DNA of 56,694 nt from an uncultured Eubacteriaceae bacterium (GTDB taxonomy: Bacteria; Bacillota; Clostridia; Eubacteriales; UBA1433), in NCBI GenBank assembly GCA_937880125.1, contig CALFLU010000093.1:1-56694 (forward strand). The letters are read 5' to 3'. The notes beneath the pieces were generated by a model. The model was given only the letters and a program-made list of their open reading frames with translations, searched no databases and was not told the DNA's origin. Positions 23,118-32,672 of the stretch are shown here, one piece after another. The first letter of the stretch is position 1, and each line of letters opens with the position of its first letter. Made by a program: the position numbers and the translations under genes.

Positions 23118-23146
23118 AAAAAAAGAAGACTATAGTCTTCTTTTTT
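23118..23146. terminator. Bidirectional intrinsic terminator
   Basis: aaaaaagaagacta-tagtcttctttttt, lying between the convergent aminotransferase and flavodoxin genes. Confidence 0.75.
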
Positions 23147-23156
23147 ATGCCGCAAA

Positions 23157-23723
23157 TCACTTGATTGCCATCGGTGAGTGAAGAGTATTCTTTATTTCTT
23201 TCTCAACGGCTTGTATCAGTGGTGCGATGTTTCTTTTATCTGTAAAATCAGCAGGCTTTTCAAAGGCGTTGAGCATCCCCGCTTCATCTTCCGACAAACT
23301 TTTTTTATATTTCAGACGCATCTTTAAGAGCGACATGAGCGCTTTGTCTGTTGCAGGCAATTTTTCATAGCAAAACCCTCCGCGAAAATAATAAAATCGA
23401 ACTCGCTTTTGCTCTTCGTGTGTAAAATTCGCACGAAAGATTTTATCCATATCTTCCTGTCGCGGCGGCGTAGCACCGCAGGCAAAGATGTGCACATGTT
23501 TACCCCGCAACCAGCCTTTGTTTTTTGTGATCGCCTTTAGTCCGTTGATGTGCAAAGCATAGACACCCCCGCCAAATATCACCGTTTCATAATACATCAG
23601 ATAATCCGTATCAAACATATCCGCTCGGGCAATGCGACAATCCAGCTCATCGGCAATCCACCGGGCATATTTTTTACTGTAACCGGTTTTGGATGCATAC
23701 AAAACGAGAATTTTTTCATTCAT
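23157..23723 (-). CDS. Flavodoxin-domain protein (HemG-like long flavodoxin)
   Basis: MNEKILVLYASKTGYSKKYA is a flavodoxin FMN-loop-like N-terminus. I chose the ATG at 23723, which has AAAGGA upstream. The ORF track starts at a GTG at 23744. Confidence 0.75.
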   Translation of the reverse strand: MNEKILVLYASKTGYSKKYARWIADELDCRIARADMFDTDYLMYYETVIFGGGVYALHINGLKAITKNKGWLRGKHVHIFACGATPPRQEDMDKIFRANFTHEEQKRVRFYYFRGGFCYEKLPATDKALMSLLKMRLKYKKSLSEDEAGMLNAFEKPADFTDKRNIAPLIQAVEKEIKNTLHSPMAIK

Positions 23724-23900
23724 TACGCAATTTTTTCCTTTCACATTGATCGGCCGACTTTTGTGTTCTTGTATTTGATTTCAGTCTATCCTTGCTTTTT
23801 TTGCAGGTCAAGTAAACTTCTTGTAAATGAAAAAGACGCCCTTGAAAAAGGTCGCCTTCTCTATATCATTTCCACATACATTCTATCCAATCCATCCTTT

Positions 23901-24938
23901 TTATGGCTGCTTTTTTTCGTCGCGGCGCATGATATACCTGGGCTTGATGCGAATTGTTTTTCTGTCTGCCCAATGCCCTTGTTCAAGGCTGCTGCCTGCC
24001 ATTGTCGATTTGTTTGTCGAGACTCCATGCAGCGCTTGTGTTGACGCACCTGCGTATCGGCACCTTCCTTTTTTATACACACTTCTGTATGTTGCGATGA
24101 CTTCCGCGCCCACCATAATGAGCACGGCACTGATAAACAGCCACAGCAACAAAACAATAATTGCGCCGATGGAACCGTAGGTGTTGGCATAATTGCTGAA
24201 ATTAGCAACGTAAATTTTAAACAATTTTGAGAGTCCCACCCAACCCAATGCGGCAACGATACTGCCTAAAAATGCTTGCCGTACGGTGATTTTTTCTCCC
24301 TTTCGAAACTTCGGAGCAAATTTATAAAACAGCGCAAAGCCAATCAGCATGGAGCCCAGGGGCAAAATCAATTTTACGCTGTTCCATATGCTTTCAACCC
24401 ATTGATTATAGCCCAGCCATTCAAAAATTTTCGATAAAAGAAAATCTCCGAACACTTGCCCCAAAAGCGTAATAATAATCAACGCCGCCAGCAAAATCGT
24501 GTAAAAAACCGAAATCATACGTCCGATGATCAAATTGCGCCCTTCTTCAATGTCAAAGGCGCGATGAATCGCTTTAATTAAGTTTGCCGTTCCGCTTGAG
24601 CCTGCCCATAAAGCAAGCACCAAAGAAAGCGAAAGCACCGTTCCGCTTCGCAGCGAAACAATATCCATAATCACAGGATAGACCATATTACTCGCCTGTG
24701 CAGGCAGCACAGACAACAGCGTTGTGAGCACATCTTCTTGCCCGAGGCTTGTAAAGGTCAAAAGCGAAAGCAGAAAAATAAGGAACGGAAAAAAACTCAT
24801 AATCAGATAATAGGCCAACTGCGCACCCGTTGCCGCCACATTGTCTTCGCCAAAACGCCTGAAAAATTCTTTCAAAAATAAATAACTTTTTTTATCGCCG
24901 TATTTTTGTGCTATTTTGCTTCGTGTTTTTTGAATCAT
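23901..24938 (-). CDS. YihY/BrkB family membrane protein
   Basis: GAQLAYYLIMSFFPFLIFL follows a basic N-terminus. About 6 TM segments. 345 aa with a basic C-terminal tail. Confidence 0.85.
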   Translation of the reverse strand: MIQKTRSKIAQKYGDKKSYLFLKEFFRRFGEDNVAATGAQLAYYLIMSFFPFLIFLLSLLTFTSLGQEDVLTTLLSVLPAQASNMVYPVIMDIVSLRSGTVLSLSLVLALWAGSSGTANLIKAIHRAFDIEEGRNLIIGRMISVFYTILLAALIIITLLGQVFGDFLLSKIFEWLGYNQWVESIWNSVKLILPLGSMLIGFALFYKFAPKFRKGEKITVRQAFLGSIVAALGWVGLSKLFKIYVANFSNYANTYGSIGAIIVLLLWLFISAVLIMVGAEVIATYRSVYKKGRCRYAGASTQALHGVSTNKSTMAGSSLEQGHWADRKTIRIKPRYIMRRDEKKQP

Positions 24939-24997
24939 TTCGCATCCTTTCTTGCATATTTTTTACACTTCATGCATCTTTGATATTGTGAGGCGTT

Positions 24998-25882
24998 TTA
25001 TTTCGTTTCTTTCATTTTTTTAATGCTTTCAATGTCAAAGGTATACTTTTTATTGCAAAAGTGACATTGAATTTCCACATCCTTTTTTTCTTTTGCAATT
25101 TCTTCGATTTCCTTTTCATCCAGTGCCATTAACATACTCTCCACACGTTGCCTGCTGCAATCACAGTAATAGCGCGGTTGCAGTCTGCGGTTGATGTCGT
25201 AATCATATGCCCCGTCTGCAAAAATAGTGTGGATGATGTCTTCGGGTTGCATTTTCTTTTTTAACAATTCCGTCACGTTGGGCATTTGTCGTGTTTTTTT
25301 CTCCAAATAGTCAATCATCTCTTCCGGGCAATTGGGCATCAACTGCAAAATATATCCCCCCGCATGCTCAACCACCCCTTGTGTGTCCACATACACCCCC
25401 AGGGCACAAACCGTAGGCACCTGCTCGCTTAAGGCGTAATAATAAGCAATGTCTTCTGCGATTTCCGAGCTGACCAATTTGACCGTGCTGTTATAGGGCT
25501 CGCTGTAACCCGTATCCTTAATCACCGTAAGGCTGCCTTCTCCCACAGCTTTTGCCACATCCAGCTTGCCCGCAACATTAATAAGCACCTCAATACCCGG
25601 ATTCAATATATCGCATTTTGCCTGTCCGCTGTTGCCTGCGGTCACAACCATCTGGCCAATGGGTCCATCTCCTTTTGCAATCAGCGTCAGGCGATCCGTC
25701 TCATTCTTCATCATTGCACCCATCAAAACAGCCGCTGTAATGAGTCGGCCTCCGGCTGCTGCCGCAGTGGGTGTCGCCAAGTGAATGCGGCGAAACTCCT
25801 CCACCATGGCAGAGCTGTCCGCACACAAAAACCGTACGGGAAAATCTTTTAATTGTCCGTGTATTAATGTATCTTTTTTCAT
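24998..25882 (-). CDS. hslO: Redox-regulated chaperone Hsp33
   Basis: 294 aa with the C-terminal zinc centre CDCSRQRV ... CHFCNKKY. Confidence 0.93.
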   Translation of the reverse strand: MKKDTLIHGQLKDFPVRFLCADSSAMVEEFRRIHLATPTAAAAGGRLITAAVLMGAMMKNETDRLTLIAKGDGPIGQMVVTAGNSGQAKCDILNPGIEVLINVAGKLDVAKAVGEGSLTVIKDTGYSEPYNSTVKLVSSEIAEDIAYYYALSEQVPTVCALGVYVDTQGVVEHAGGYILQLMPNCPEEMIDYLEKKTRQMPNVTELLKKKMQPEDIIHTIFADGAYDYDINRRLQPRYYCDCSRQRVESMLMALDEKEIEEIAKEKKDVEIQCHFCNKKYTFDIESIKKMKETK

Positions 25883-26202
25883 ATCTTCTCCTTTGTGATT
25901 TGAATCAGCTTAACGGGAGCGCTTTTGCCCGATAAAATGCTGACGTCTGTTTTTTTTACATCAAACTCCTTTGCCAAAAAAGCACAAATAGCTGTATTGG
26001 CTTTGCCCTTTTCCGCCACTTGCGCCACTGCCAATTTGATGGTATTGTCCGACATCAAATCTTTAAAAGCCGTTTTTTCGGCTTTGGCAATGACCTTAAT
26101 TTTAAAAATAACCTTGCCGTTTTTTTGCAATTCACTTTTATATTTTTCCAGTAATTCTTTCATTATACCTGCCCCAATCGCTGTCTCAGTCTTTTTTTTC
26201 AA
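25879..26202 (-). CDS. DUF167 (YggU-like) protein
   Basis: The core KIKVIAKAEKTAF...LAVAQVAEKGKANTAICAFLAKEF...VSILSGKSAPVKLIQI fits the YggU fold family. The start is uncertain: TTG at 26202 or ATG at 26163. Its stop overlaps the hslO start. Confidence 0.7.
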   Translation of the reverse strand: MKKKTETAIGAGIMKELLEKYKSELQKNGKVIFKIKVIAKAEKTAFKDLMSDNTIKLAVAQVAEKGKANTAICAFLAKEFDVKKTDVSILSGKSAPVKLIQITKEKI

Positions 26203-26285
26203 ATATCACCCGATATTGGGATTGCTTTTCTTTCATTTATGCATTATATAATTATCAATAAGAAAAATAAAGGAGGACCTCGTCC

Positions 26286-27158
26286 ATGCCTGTTAAAATT
26301 CTCGCAGACAGCGCAGCAGATCTCACAAAAGAAATTATCAAACAACACAATATTACGGTTGTGCCGCTTGTCATTTTGAGCGACTCCCATGAATATTTGG
26401 ACGGAATTGATATTTCGCCGAAAAAAGTTTTTGATGAAATGCGTGCAGGAAAAATATTCACCACAGCGCAAGTGCCCGTCAGCAAATTTTTGGAAATATT
26501 TACCGAAATGGCGAAAAACAACGAAGAGTGTTTTTATCCCGCTTTTTCTTCCCAACTTTCCGGCACTTATAATGCCGCCGTTACCGCATTGCAAGAAGTT
26601 AAGCAGACCTATCCCGATGTGAAAATCGAAATCATTGACACACTCTGTGCCTCGGTAGGACTTGGTCACGTGGTGGAAAAAGCCGCGGAATTAGCCGAGC
26701 GCGGCATGAGTGCCAAAGAAATGGTTCCCTTCATGACGGCATATGCTCACGAAATGGTGCATGTGTTCTCCGTAGAAAAATTAGAATCCCTCTATCGCGG
26801 GGGACGCGTATCCAAAGCCGCCGCTTTCATCGGAGACACCTTGGGCATTCGACCTATTCTTACCGTCATCGACGGCAAATTAATCCCCGTGCAAAAGATT
26901 CGCGGTGAAAAGAAATTGTTTCAAGCCATGCTGGATTTGATCGAAGAAAAAGCAGGCAACGACCTCACCCATAAGCTCATCAGCGTTATGCACGCAGACA
27001 ACCTGGAGGGTGCAAAAAAATTAAAAGCGCTTCTCGAAGCGCGATTCGGCTGCAAAAATATTCGCTTTATGTGGCTCGGTGCCATGATTGGCGCCCATGC
27101 CGGCCCCGGTACGCTATCCATCTTTGTAGAAGGCAAAAACGCTCCGCAACTTCCTTAA
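26286..27158 (+). CDS. DegV family fatty-acid-binding protein
   Basis: MPVKILADSAADL...ITVVPL...TAQV...SSQLSGTYN are DegV hallmarks. 290 aa. Confidence 0.9.
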   Translation: MPVKILADSAADLTKEIIKQHNITVVPLVILSDSHEYLDGIDISPKKVFDEMRAGKIFTTAQVPVSKFLEIFTEMAKNNEECFYPAFSSQLSGTYNAAVTALQEVKQTYPDVKIEIIDTLCASVGLGHVVEKAAELAERGMSAKEMVPFMTAYAHEMVHVFSVEKLESLYRGGRVSKAAAFIGDTLGIRPILTVIDGKLIPVQKIRGEKKLFQAMLDLIEEKAGNDLTHKLISVMHADNLEGAKKLKALLEARFGCKNIRFMWLGAMIGAHAGPGTLSIFVEGKNAPQLP

Positions 27159-27303
27159 TGCTGTTTGAAAATGATTTGATTGCAGCGTAAATTTTTTACA
27201 GATTTTATATTATTTGTAAATCATTTACGCTGTTTTTATGTATAATAGATTCATATTCAACCTGTTTTTGTCAGCATATGTGTCGAAAAAAGGAGTCCAT
27301 AAC

Positions 27304-28446
27304 ATGAATACCCTCGATAACAACCGCACCTCCCCTCAAAAAAAGCGACCTTTCCGCAATTTTATCTTGCTGCTTATTTTTGCTGTTTTTGTCAGTGCTT
27401 CAACTTTATTTGGTCTGTTTTTTCTCACCGGCAAAGGCATCATCTCCATGCCCGCACAATACACACAGCAAAATAAGGTAACGGTTTTGCAAAACGAACC
27501 CGCCGCTGCCCAAAATACCTCACAGGTGGTTTTGGGCCAGCAGTTGTCGTTGCAGGCCACAGCCAAGAAAGTCATTCCTTCCGTTGTGGGCGTGTTAACT
27601 TATTATGACACCTCCATCATCGGAGAAGGCTCAGGCGTCGTGCTCACCGCAGACGGCTACATCATCACCAACACACACGTCATCTCAAACGGCAACTACT
27701 TTGAAGTGGTGCTCTATGACGGCAAGTCTTATTCTGCCCGACTGATTGGCTCAGACATCGCCACCGACATCGCGCTACTTAAAGTGGGTGATGCGCACAA
27801 TTTTATCGCCGCTGAGTTTGCCAGCGGCACCGAAACCACCGTAGGCGACATTGTCTTGGCGATCGGCAACCCCGGCGGCGTTGCTTTTAACAGCAGCACC
27901 ACCATGGGCATTATCTCCGCAACCAATCGCTCCATTACCACACCCGGCGGATATATCATCTCCTGCATTCAAACCGATGCCGCCATCAGCCCCGGCAACT
28001 CCGGCGGTGCATTGGTCAACACCTACGGCCAAGTCATTGGCATCAACTCCTCAAAAATCGTGTCCCAGGGCTTTGAAGGACTGGGCTTTGCCATCACCAG
28101 CCAAGAGGCACTGACCATTGCCAAAGACTTGCAAGAATACGGCTATGTACAAAACCGAGCCGCTCTTGGCATCACCTATCAAATGATTGATCAGGCCACT
28201 TCTTCATTCTACAAGCTGCCCACAGGCGTCTACATTCAAACCATCTCCAACAAAAGCCTGGACAACGCAGGCATCAAACCGGGAGATATTATCACGCATA
28301 TCGATAAAATTAAAATCGCACAAGTGACCGATTTAACCTCTCTGTTGATGAAGAAAAAACCGGGTGATACCATTGAACTTGAAATTTATCGCAGTGACGA
28401 CGACACCACGTTTTCCGCAGCGGTTACGTTGATAGAAAGTAAATAA
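27304..28446 (+). CDS. htrA: HtrA/DegP-family serine protease with a C-terminal PDZ domain and an N-terminal TM anchor
   Basis: Catalytic triad contexts ITNTHVI, DIALLKV and GNSGGALVN, followed by a PDZ region. I chose the ATG at 27304, which has AAGGAG upstream. Confidence 0.9.
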   Translation: MNTLDNNRTSPQKKRPFRNFILLLIFAVFVSASTLFGLFFLTGKGIISMPAQYTQQNKVTVLQNEPAAAQNTSQVVLGQQLSLQATAKKVIPSVVGVLTYYDTSIIGEGSGVVLTADGYIITNTHVISNGNYFEVVLYDGKSYSARLIGSDIATDIALLKVGDAHNFIAAEFASGTETTVGDIVLAIGNPGGVAFNSSTTMGIISATNRSITTPGGYIISCIQTDAAISPGNSGGALVNTYGQVIGINSSKIVSQGFEGLGFAITSQEALTIAKDLQEYGYVQNRAALGITYQMIDQATSSFYKLPTGVYIQTISNKSLDNAGIKPGDIITHIDKIKIAQVTDLTSLLMKKKPGDTIELEIYRSDDDTTFSAAVTLIESK

Positions 28447-28646
28447 ACCAATGTATGCTCCATGAATTTTTGTAAAAACATGCCTTTTGCGCAGAATAAA
28501 ACGGGTATTGCATATTCGTTGTATTTGCGCTAAATTACCGCACCCTTTGGACACGCAGATAAAATATAGCCGGTCGGGAAAGTTTGAATGATGCGGTAGG
28601 CAGTAATCTTTTACGATTCATTAATAAAAATCAACATACACACCCA

Positions 28647-28679
28647 AGGGCGGCACAATATGCGCCGCTCTTGCTTTTT
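28647..28679 (+). terminator. Intrinsic terminator, probably the distal htrA terminator
   Basis: 8-bp GC-rich stem (agggcggc / gccgctct, with one G-U pair), a 9-nt loop, then tgcttttt. It lies 200 nt after the htrA stop. Confidence 0.5.
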
Positions 28680-28834
28680 CATCGGCAGATGCAAACATCT
28701 TTGCCCGTTATTGCATTCTTTCGGCAATTGCGCTAAGATAGCACTGTGACTATCCGATTAAAAACGATATCGGCATCGGATTTTGTTTCATCCTCTCACA
28801 AAAAAATTTATATCCCAAAAAAGGAAATTGATTG

Positions 28835-29080
28835 ATGAAGAAGTTCTTTACAGGCATTTTGACTTATTTAAAAGATTGGCGCAACTGGCTGAGCCACGGC
28901 TTGATGGGAATTGCTCTATTGATTTTAGCCATTTGGGTGCCTGTCGCCCTTTGGATTAAACTGATTTTCATCGGTTGCTTGATTTGTTTTAATATCCTGC
29001 GTATGCGCCATGCTGCCATGCGCAAAAAAAGAGTGCCTTCCAACGAAAACAACACCGAGGTTGCTTTGAAACAACAATAA
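28835..29080 (+). CDS. Small hypothetical membrane protein (2 TM)
   Basis: 81 aa with two hydrophobic helices (GLMGIALLILAIWVPVALWIKLIFIGCLICF) and a basic tail. AAAGGAAA lies upstream. I recognise no homology. Confidence 0.45.
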   Translation: MKKFFTGILTYLKDWRNWLSHGLMGIALLILAIWVPVALWIKLIFIGCLICFNILRMRHAAMRKKRVPSNENNTEVALKQQ

Positions 29081-29102
29081 GAATATATTTCGTTTCATTA
29101 TA

Positions 29103-29130
29103 AGAGCCCCGTAAAAAATTACGGGGCTCT
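29103..29130. terminator. Hairpin terminator between convergent genes
   Basis: agagccccgta-aaaaat-tacggggctct. The flanking T-runs are weak. Confidence 0.6.
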
Positions 29131-29151
29131 TTGTATCAGTAAAGTAATGTG

Positions 29152-29424
29152 TTATTTTACTATGTCTTTCAAATTTTTCGCAACGCGGAATGCCGGAATG
29201 TTTGCTGCGGGGATCATCATTTTTTCTCCGGTTCGAGGATTTCTTCCTTCCTTCGCTTTTCTTTCTCTTACCTGGAATGTTCCCAATGCGGGAATCGTCA
29301 GTTTTTCACCCTTTTTCAATTCTTCGCCTACTACTTCAATCAATGCATTCAGCATTCTTTCTGCGTCAACCTTTTTCACGTTGGATTTTTCTGCAATCGC
29401 AGCAATCAACTCATTTTTTTTCAT
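29152..29424 (-). CDS. hup: DNA-binding protein HU
   Basis: 90 aa, MKKNELIAAIAEK...GTFQVRERKAKEGRNPRTGEKMMIPA...AFRVAKNLKD, the canonical HU fold sequence. Confidence 0.96.
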   Translation of the reverse strand: MKKNELIAAIAEKSNVKKVDAERMLNALIEVVGEELKKGEKLTIPALGTFQVRERKAKEGRNPRTGEKMMIPAANIPAFRVAKNLKDIVK

Positions 29425-30892
29425 CTTTGGTTTTCTCCTTTAGTATTTTTTTAGCTTTTTCCCAATATAAATCCGCTTTTTCCATATTTAATGCTTTCAA
29501 ATCATATCCGTCGGATAGTGCCAGCTGTTCAACAACAGAAAAGCGGTTAAGAAACTTTTGTGACGTTCTTTTTAATGCGTCTTCGCTGTCAATTTTCAAA
29601 AATCTCGCTATATTGACAATCGAAAACAGCAAGTCTCCGATTTCTTCCGTTCGTCTTGCCTTTTCTTCTTGCTGTTGAACGGATGAAATAAATTCTTCGG
29701 TCTCTTCTCTTAATTTAGCATATATTTGTTCCACACAGTCAAAGTCAAATCCTGCTCTGCCTGCCTTGTCTTGCAAGCGGTTTGCATAGAGCAGTGCCGG
29801 CAAGGCCTTGGGTATCGCCTCCAGGCTTTGGCTCACGTTTTGCTGACCTTTTTCCTTGCGCTTAATTTCTTCCCAAGCATCTTTGACTTCTTCGGCCTCA
29901 AGATCTCTTTTGTCTCCAAATATATGCGGATGTCTCGTCATCATTTTTTTGTTGATGCCTTCATGCACATCCCGAATGTCAAAGAACTCTTCTTCTCTGG
30001 CGATATTTGCATGAAAATAAATCTGCAGCAGCACATCGCCCAACTCTTCGCACAATGCCTCAAAATCCTGCGCATCAATGGCGTCAATTACTTCATAGCA
30101 TTCTTCGATCAAATATTTTTTTAAACTTTGATGGTCTTGTGCTCGGTCCCAATTGCAGCCACCTTCTCCGCGCAGCGCCTTCATAATATGCGCCAAACTG
30201 CGGCAGTCACGCAAATTTATATCCTCTGTGGGCAAAATGAAAAGGCTGGTCATATGGTCATATTCAAAGATGCGATCCATCTCTTGCACGTTTGTCCAAA
30301 CAACCTGTGCCTGTGCCTCGCCGCCTTCTTTAATGATGCACACGGGCTGCTTTGCGGTATAATATTCCAACAATTTCAGCTTTACTTCAGAGGCAATAAA
30401 TCGGTCGTATACCTGAGAAATAAGCAGGGTGCTTTTGGCATCCAAATCATCTGTCTCAAAAGTCAGTGCATCCAAAAGTTTCACATTTTCCGCCGCGTTT
30501 TTTTGCATCGTTGCAAAAATAGCATCCACGAAGCTCACCGAGGGCAAAATTTCAACGGAAATATTCTTTTGCCGTGCTTTTTGAACAATGAGCTCCACAC
30601 TTTTCTCTGCGAAAACAGCGCTGCCCGATACGAGATACATTATAGCATGTTTCTCTGCGCATGCAATTATTTCGTCGGAAATTTTTTCGTACACGTCTTC
30701 AAAATACGCATATTCTTGATAAAATGCATCAAAACTGACCAAATCGGGACGCAGTTTTCGTATTTCTGTAGCACTCTTGTGTATTTCGGTGCGCAAAAAT
30801 ACCTTCTCCGCCGCCAACAGCGCCTTATATGTCTTTAGTGTCATATGGTCAATGGAGGCCGTTCCCATGCCGCCGATGATGATGTTTTTCAT
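29411..30892 (-). CDS. mazG: YabN-type fusion: tetrapyrrole-methylase-like domain plus MazG nucleoside triphosphate pyrophosphohydrolase
   Basis: 493 aa. The N-terminal TP-methylase-like half is followed by two MazG repeats (ECYEVIDAI...EELGDVLLQ and EETEEF...EEIGDLLFS). It overlaps the hup start by 14 nt. Confidence 0.88.
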   Translation of the reverse strand: MKNIIIGGMGTASIDHMTLKTYKALLAAEKVFLRTEIHKSATEIRKLRPDLVSFDAFYQEYAYFEDVYEKISDEIIACAEKHAIMYLVSGSAVFAEKSVELIVQKARQKNISVEILPSVSFVDAIFATMQKNAAENVKLLDALTFETDDLDAKSTLLISQVYDRFIASEVKLKLLEYYTAKQPVCIIKEGGEAQAQVVWTNVQEMDRIFEYDHMTSLFILPTEDINLRDCRSLAHIMKALRGEGGCNWDRAQDHQSLKKYLIEECYEVIDAIDAQDFEALCEELGDVLLQIYFHANIAREEEFFDIRDVHEGINKKMMTRHPHIFGDKRDLEAEEVKDAWEEIKRKEKGQQNVSQSLEAIPKALPALLYANRLQDKAGRAGFDFDCVEQIYAKLREETEEFISSVQQQEEKARRTEEIGDLLFSIVNIARFLKIDSEDALKRTSQKFLNRFSVVEQLALSDGYDLKALNMEKADLYWEKAKKILKEKTKDEKK

Positions 30893-32470
30893 TTATTTAC
30901 GCCTCCTGCGCAGCAAGCTGCGCATCTCTTCTTTGCTCAGTGCTCCCGTCAATACAATAGCTGCAAGATATATCACAACGCCTAAGGCAATGGCTGCAAG
31001 CACCGCAAAATTACTGCCCAGCAACGGACGCAAAAATCCATAGGTTACATAAGCGAATACACCCATAATCAAGCTTGCCAGGGCGGGTTTGATGATCGCA
31101 TTTTTTTTGTCCATTTTAAAACGAATATATTTTTTTACTGAGGCATAGTTCAAAGCGACAATGACAATTTCCGCCACATAGGTGGCAATGATCAAGCCGT
31201 AAATATGAAGGGACGGTTTGGAAATCAGCGTGATGTTGAGTATCAATTTAATAACGCCGCCAATCGCAAGGTTGCGAATGGGCAAGACCATTCTGCCAAG
31301 GCCTTGCAGCACCGCCTGCAGCACGATAAACAGCACGGTGGTAATACAGGTAAATGACAAATACATCATCAATTCGCCGCCGCCGGAAGTGGCACCGAAA
31401 AGCAGTTGAATAATCGGCGTGGCAAGCACAAAGAGACCCACCGCTGCGGGAAACGTCACAATCGATACCGTTCGCAGCGCTGAAGAGGTTTTTTCTCCCA
31501 GCTCGCCTTCGTTTTTCGTGGCAAGCGATTCGCTGATAGCCGGAACCAGCGCTGCGGCAAGCCCCACACCCAAAAGCATCGGTACATTGATAACGGTCTG
31601 CACCTTTTGAGAAAGCTGTCCCCATATTTCTGTTGCCGTCACAATATCAATACCCGCATTTTGCAGACTGCGCGCCACGGTCACCGAGTTAATCATATTC
31701 ATCAGCGACACCACTATCGAAGCAAAGGATGCGGGTATGGCAATGACAAACAGCGTCTTAATCGTCTCTTGCACTCTCTCGCTGTATCCGCTGCCCAAGC
31801 GAGCCGGAATAACGATGTTTTTCTTTTTATAATAAGCGTATATTGCACTGACCAACAGACTACCGCCCACTGCCCCGGCCACAGCGCCAAAGGCTGCGCC
31901 CCCCGCCGCCCAGGCCACCCCTTTTGTCTTTAAAAAATAGACCGCCAAAACCAATCCCACCACGACGCGGAAAACCGATTCCACAATTTGCGAAAGTGCC
32001 GTGGGCACCATGGTTTGCAGTCCCTGAAAATAGCCGCGATAGGTAGCCATATACGAGACAAACAACGGCGTCAACGACAAACCGATAATCGAATAATAGG
32101 TCTCTTCGGGCCAACCCAAGGCATGAATCAACGGTTTTGCAAAAACAATAAGCAACAGACTGCAAAGTAACCCCACGCCAATAAGAACCACCAAGGACAC
32201 GCGAAATATTTGATGCGTGTGGTCACTGCGCCCAAGACTTACGCTTTCACTGGTCATTTTTGAAATTGCCAAGGGCAAGCCGATAACGGACAGCGACACA
32301 AAGAAAGAATAAATCGGATAGGGATAGCCATAAAGCCCCATGCCATAATCGCCGATGATGCGAGCAAGGGGAATTTTGAAAAAGATTCCCAAAAACCTGG
32401 CAAAGATGCTGCAGGCGGTTAATATGAGAGCGCCTCTGATATAAGAAGGCCTCTGCTTTGTCTCATTCAT
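30893..32470 (-). CDS. MOP-superfamily flippase (SpoVB / polysaccharide-biosynthesis-protein type)
   Basis: About 525 aa with about 14 TM segments. It sits immediately upstream of mazG, as in the Bacillus yabM-yabN arrangement. I chose the ATG at 32470 (MNETKQRPSY...). The ORF track starts at 32530. Confidence 0.8.
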   Translation of the reverse strand: MNETKQRPSYIRGALILTACSIFARFLGIFFKIPLARIIGDYGMGLYGYPYPIYSFFVSLSVIGLPLAISKMTSESVSLGRSDHTHQIFRVSLVVLIGVGLLCSLLLIVFAKPLIHALGWPEETYYSIIGLSLTPLFVSYMATYRGYFQGLQTMVPTALSQIVESVFRVVVGLVLAVYFLKTKGVAWAAGGAAFGAVAGAVGGSLLVSAIYAYYKKKNIVIPARLGSGYSERVQETIKTLFVIAIPASFASIVVSLMNMINSVTVARSLQNAGIDIVTATEIWGQLSQKVQTVINVPMLLGVGLAAALVPAISESLATKNEGELGEKTSSALRTVSIVTFPAAVGLFVLATPIIQLLFGATSGGGELMMYLSFTCITTVLFIVLQAVLQGLGRMVLPIRNLAIGGVIKLILNITLISKPSLHIYGLIIATYVAEIVIVALNYASVKKYIRFKMDKKNAIIKPALASLIMGVFAYVTYGFLRPLLGSNFAVLAAIALGVVIYLAAIVLTGALSKEEMRSLLRRRRK

Positions 32471-32672
32471 ATTGATTTCCTTATATAAAAAAGCCATTTG
32501 CGATCGTATTCTTTGGCAAAATGTTCGCATAATATCATATCACAATTTTGATATATTCCAACGCAATTTTTCATTTTATGCTAAATCCCACGCACCGCAA
32601 AATCAAAATCGCATTGAATACGCAATTTTTTTTCGTTATAATGCTTCATAGTCTATATCACGGGGCGCTGAT

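Noticed and set aside
28660-28749. 29-codon Cys-rich mini-ORF (MRRSCFFIGRCKHLCPLLHSFGNCAKIAL) in the htrA-downstream spacer
   Set aside because: It starts inside the terminator hairpin, has only a weak G-rich stretch as an RBS, and has no supporting context such as a maturation or export gene nearby. It is most likely a chance ORF.
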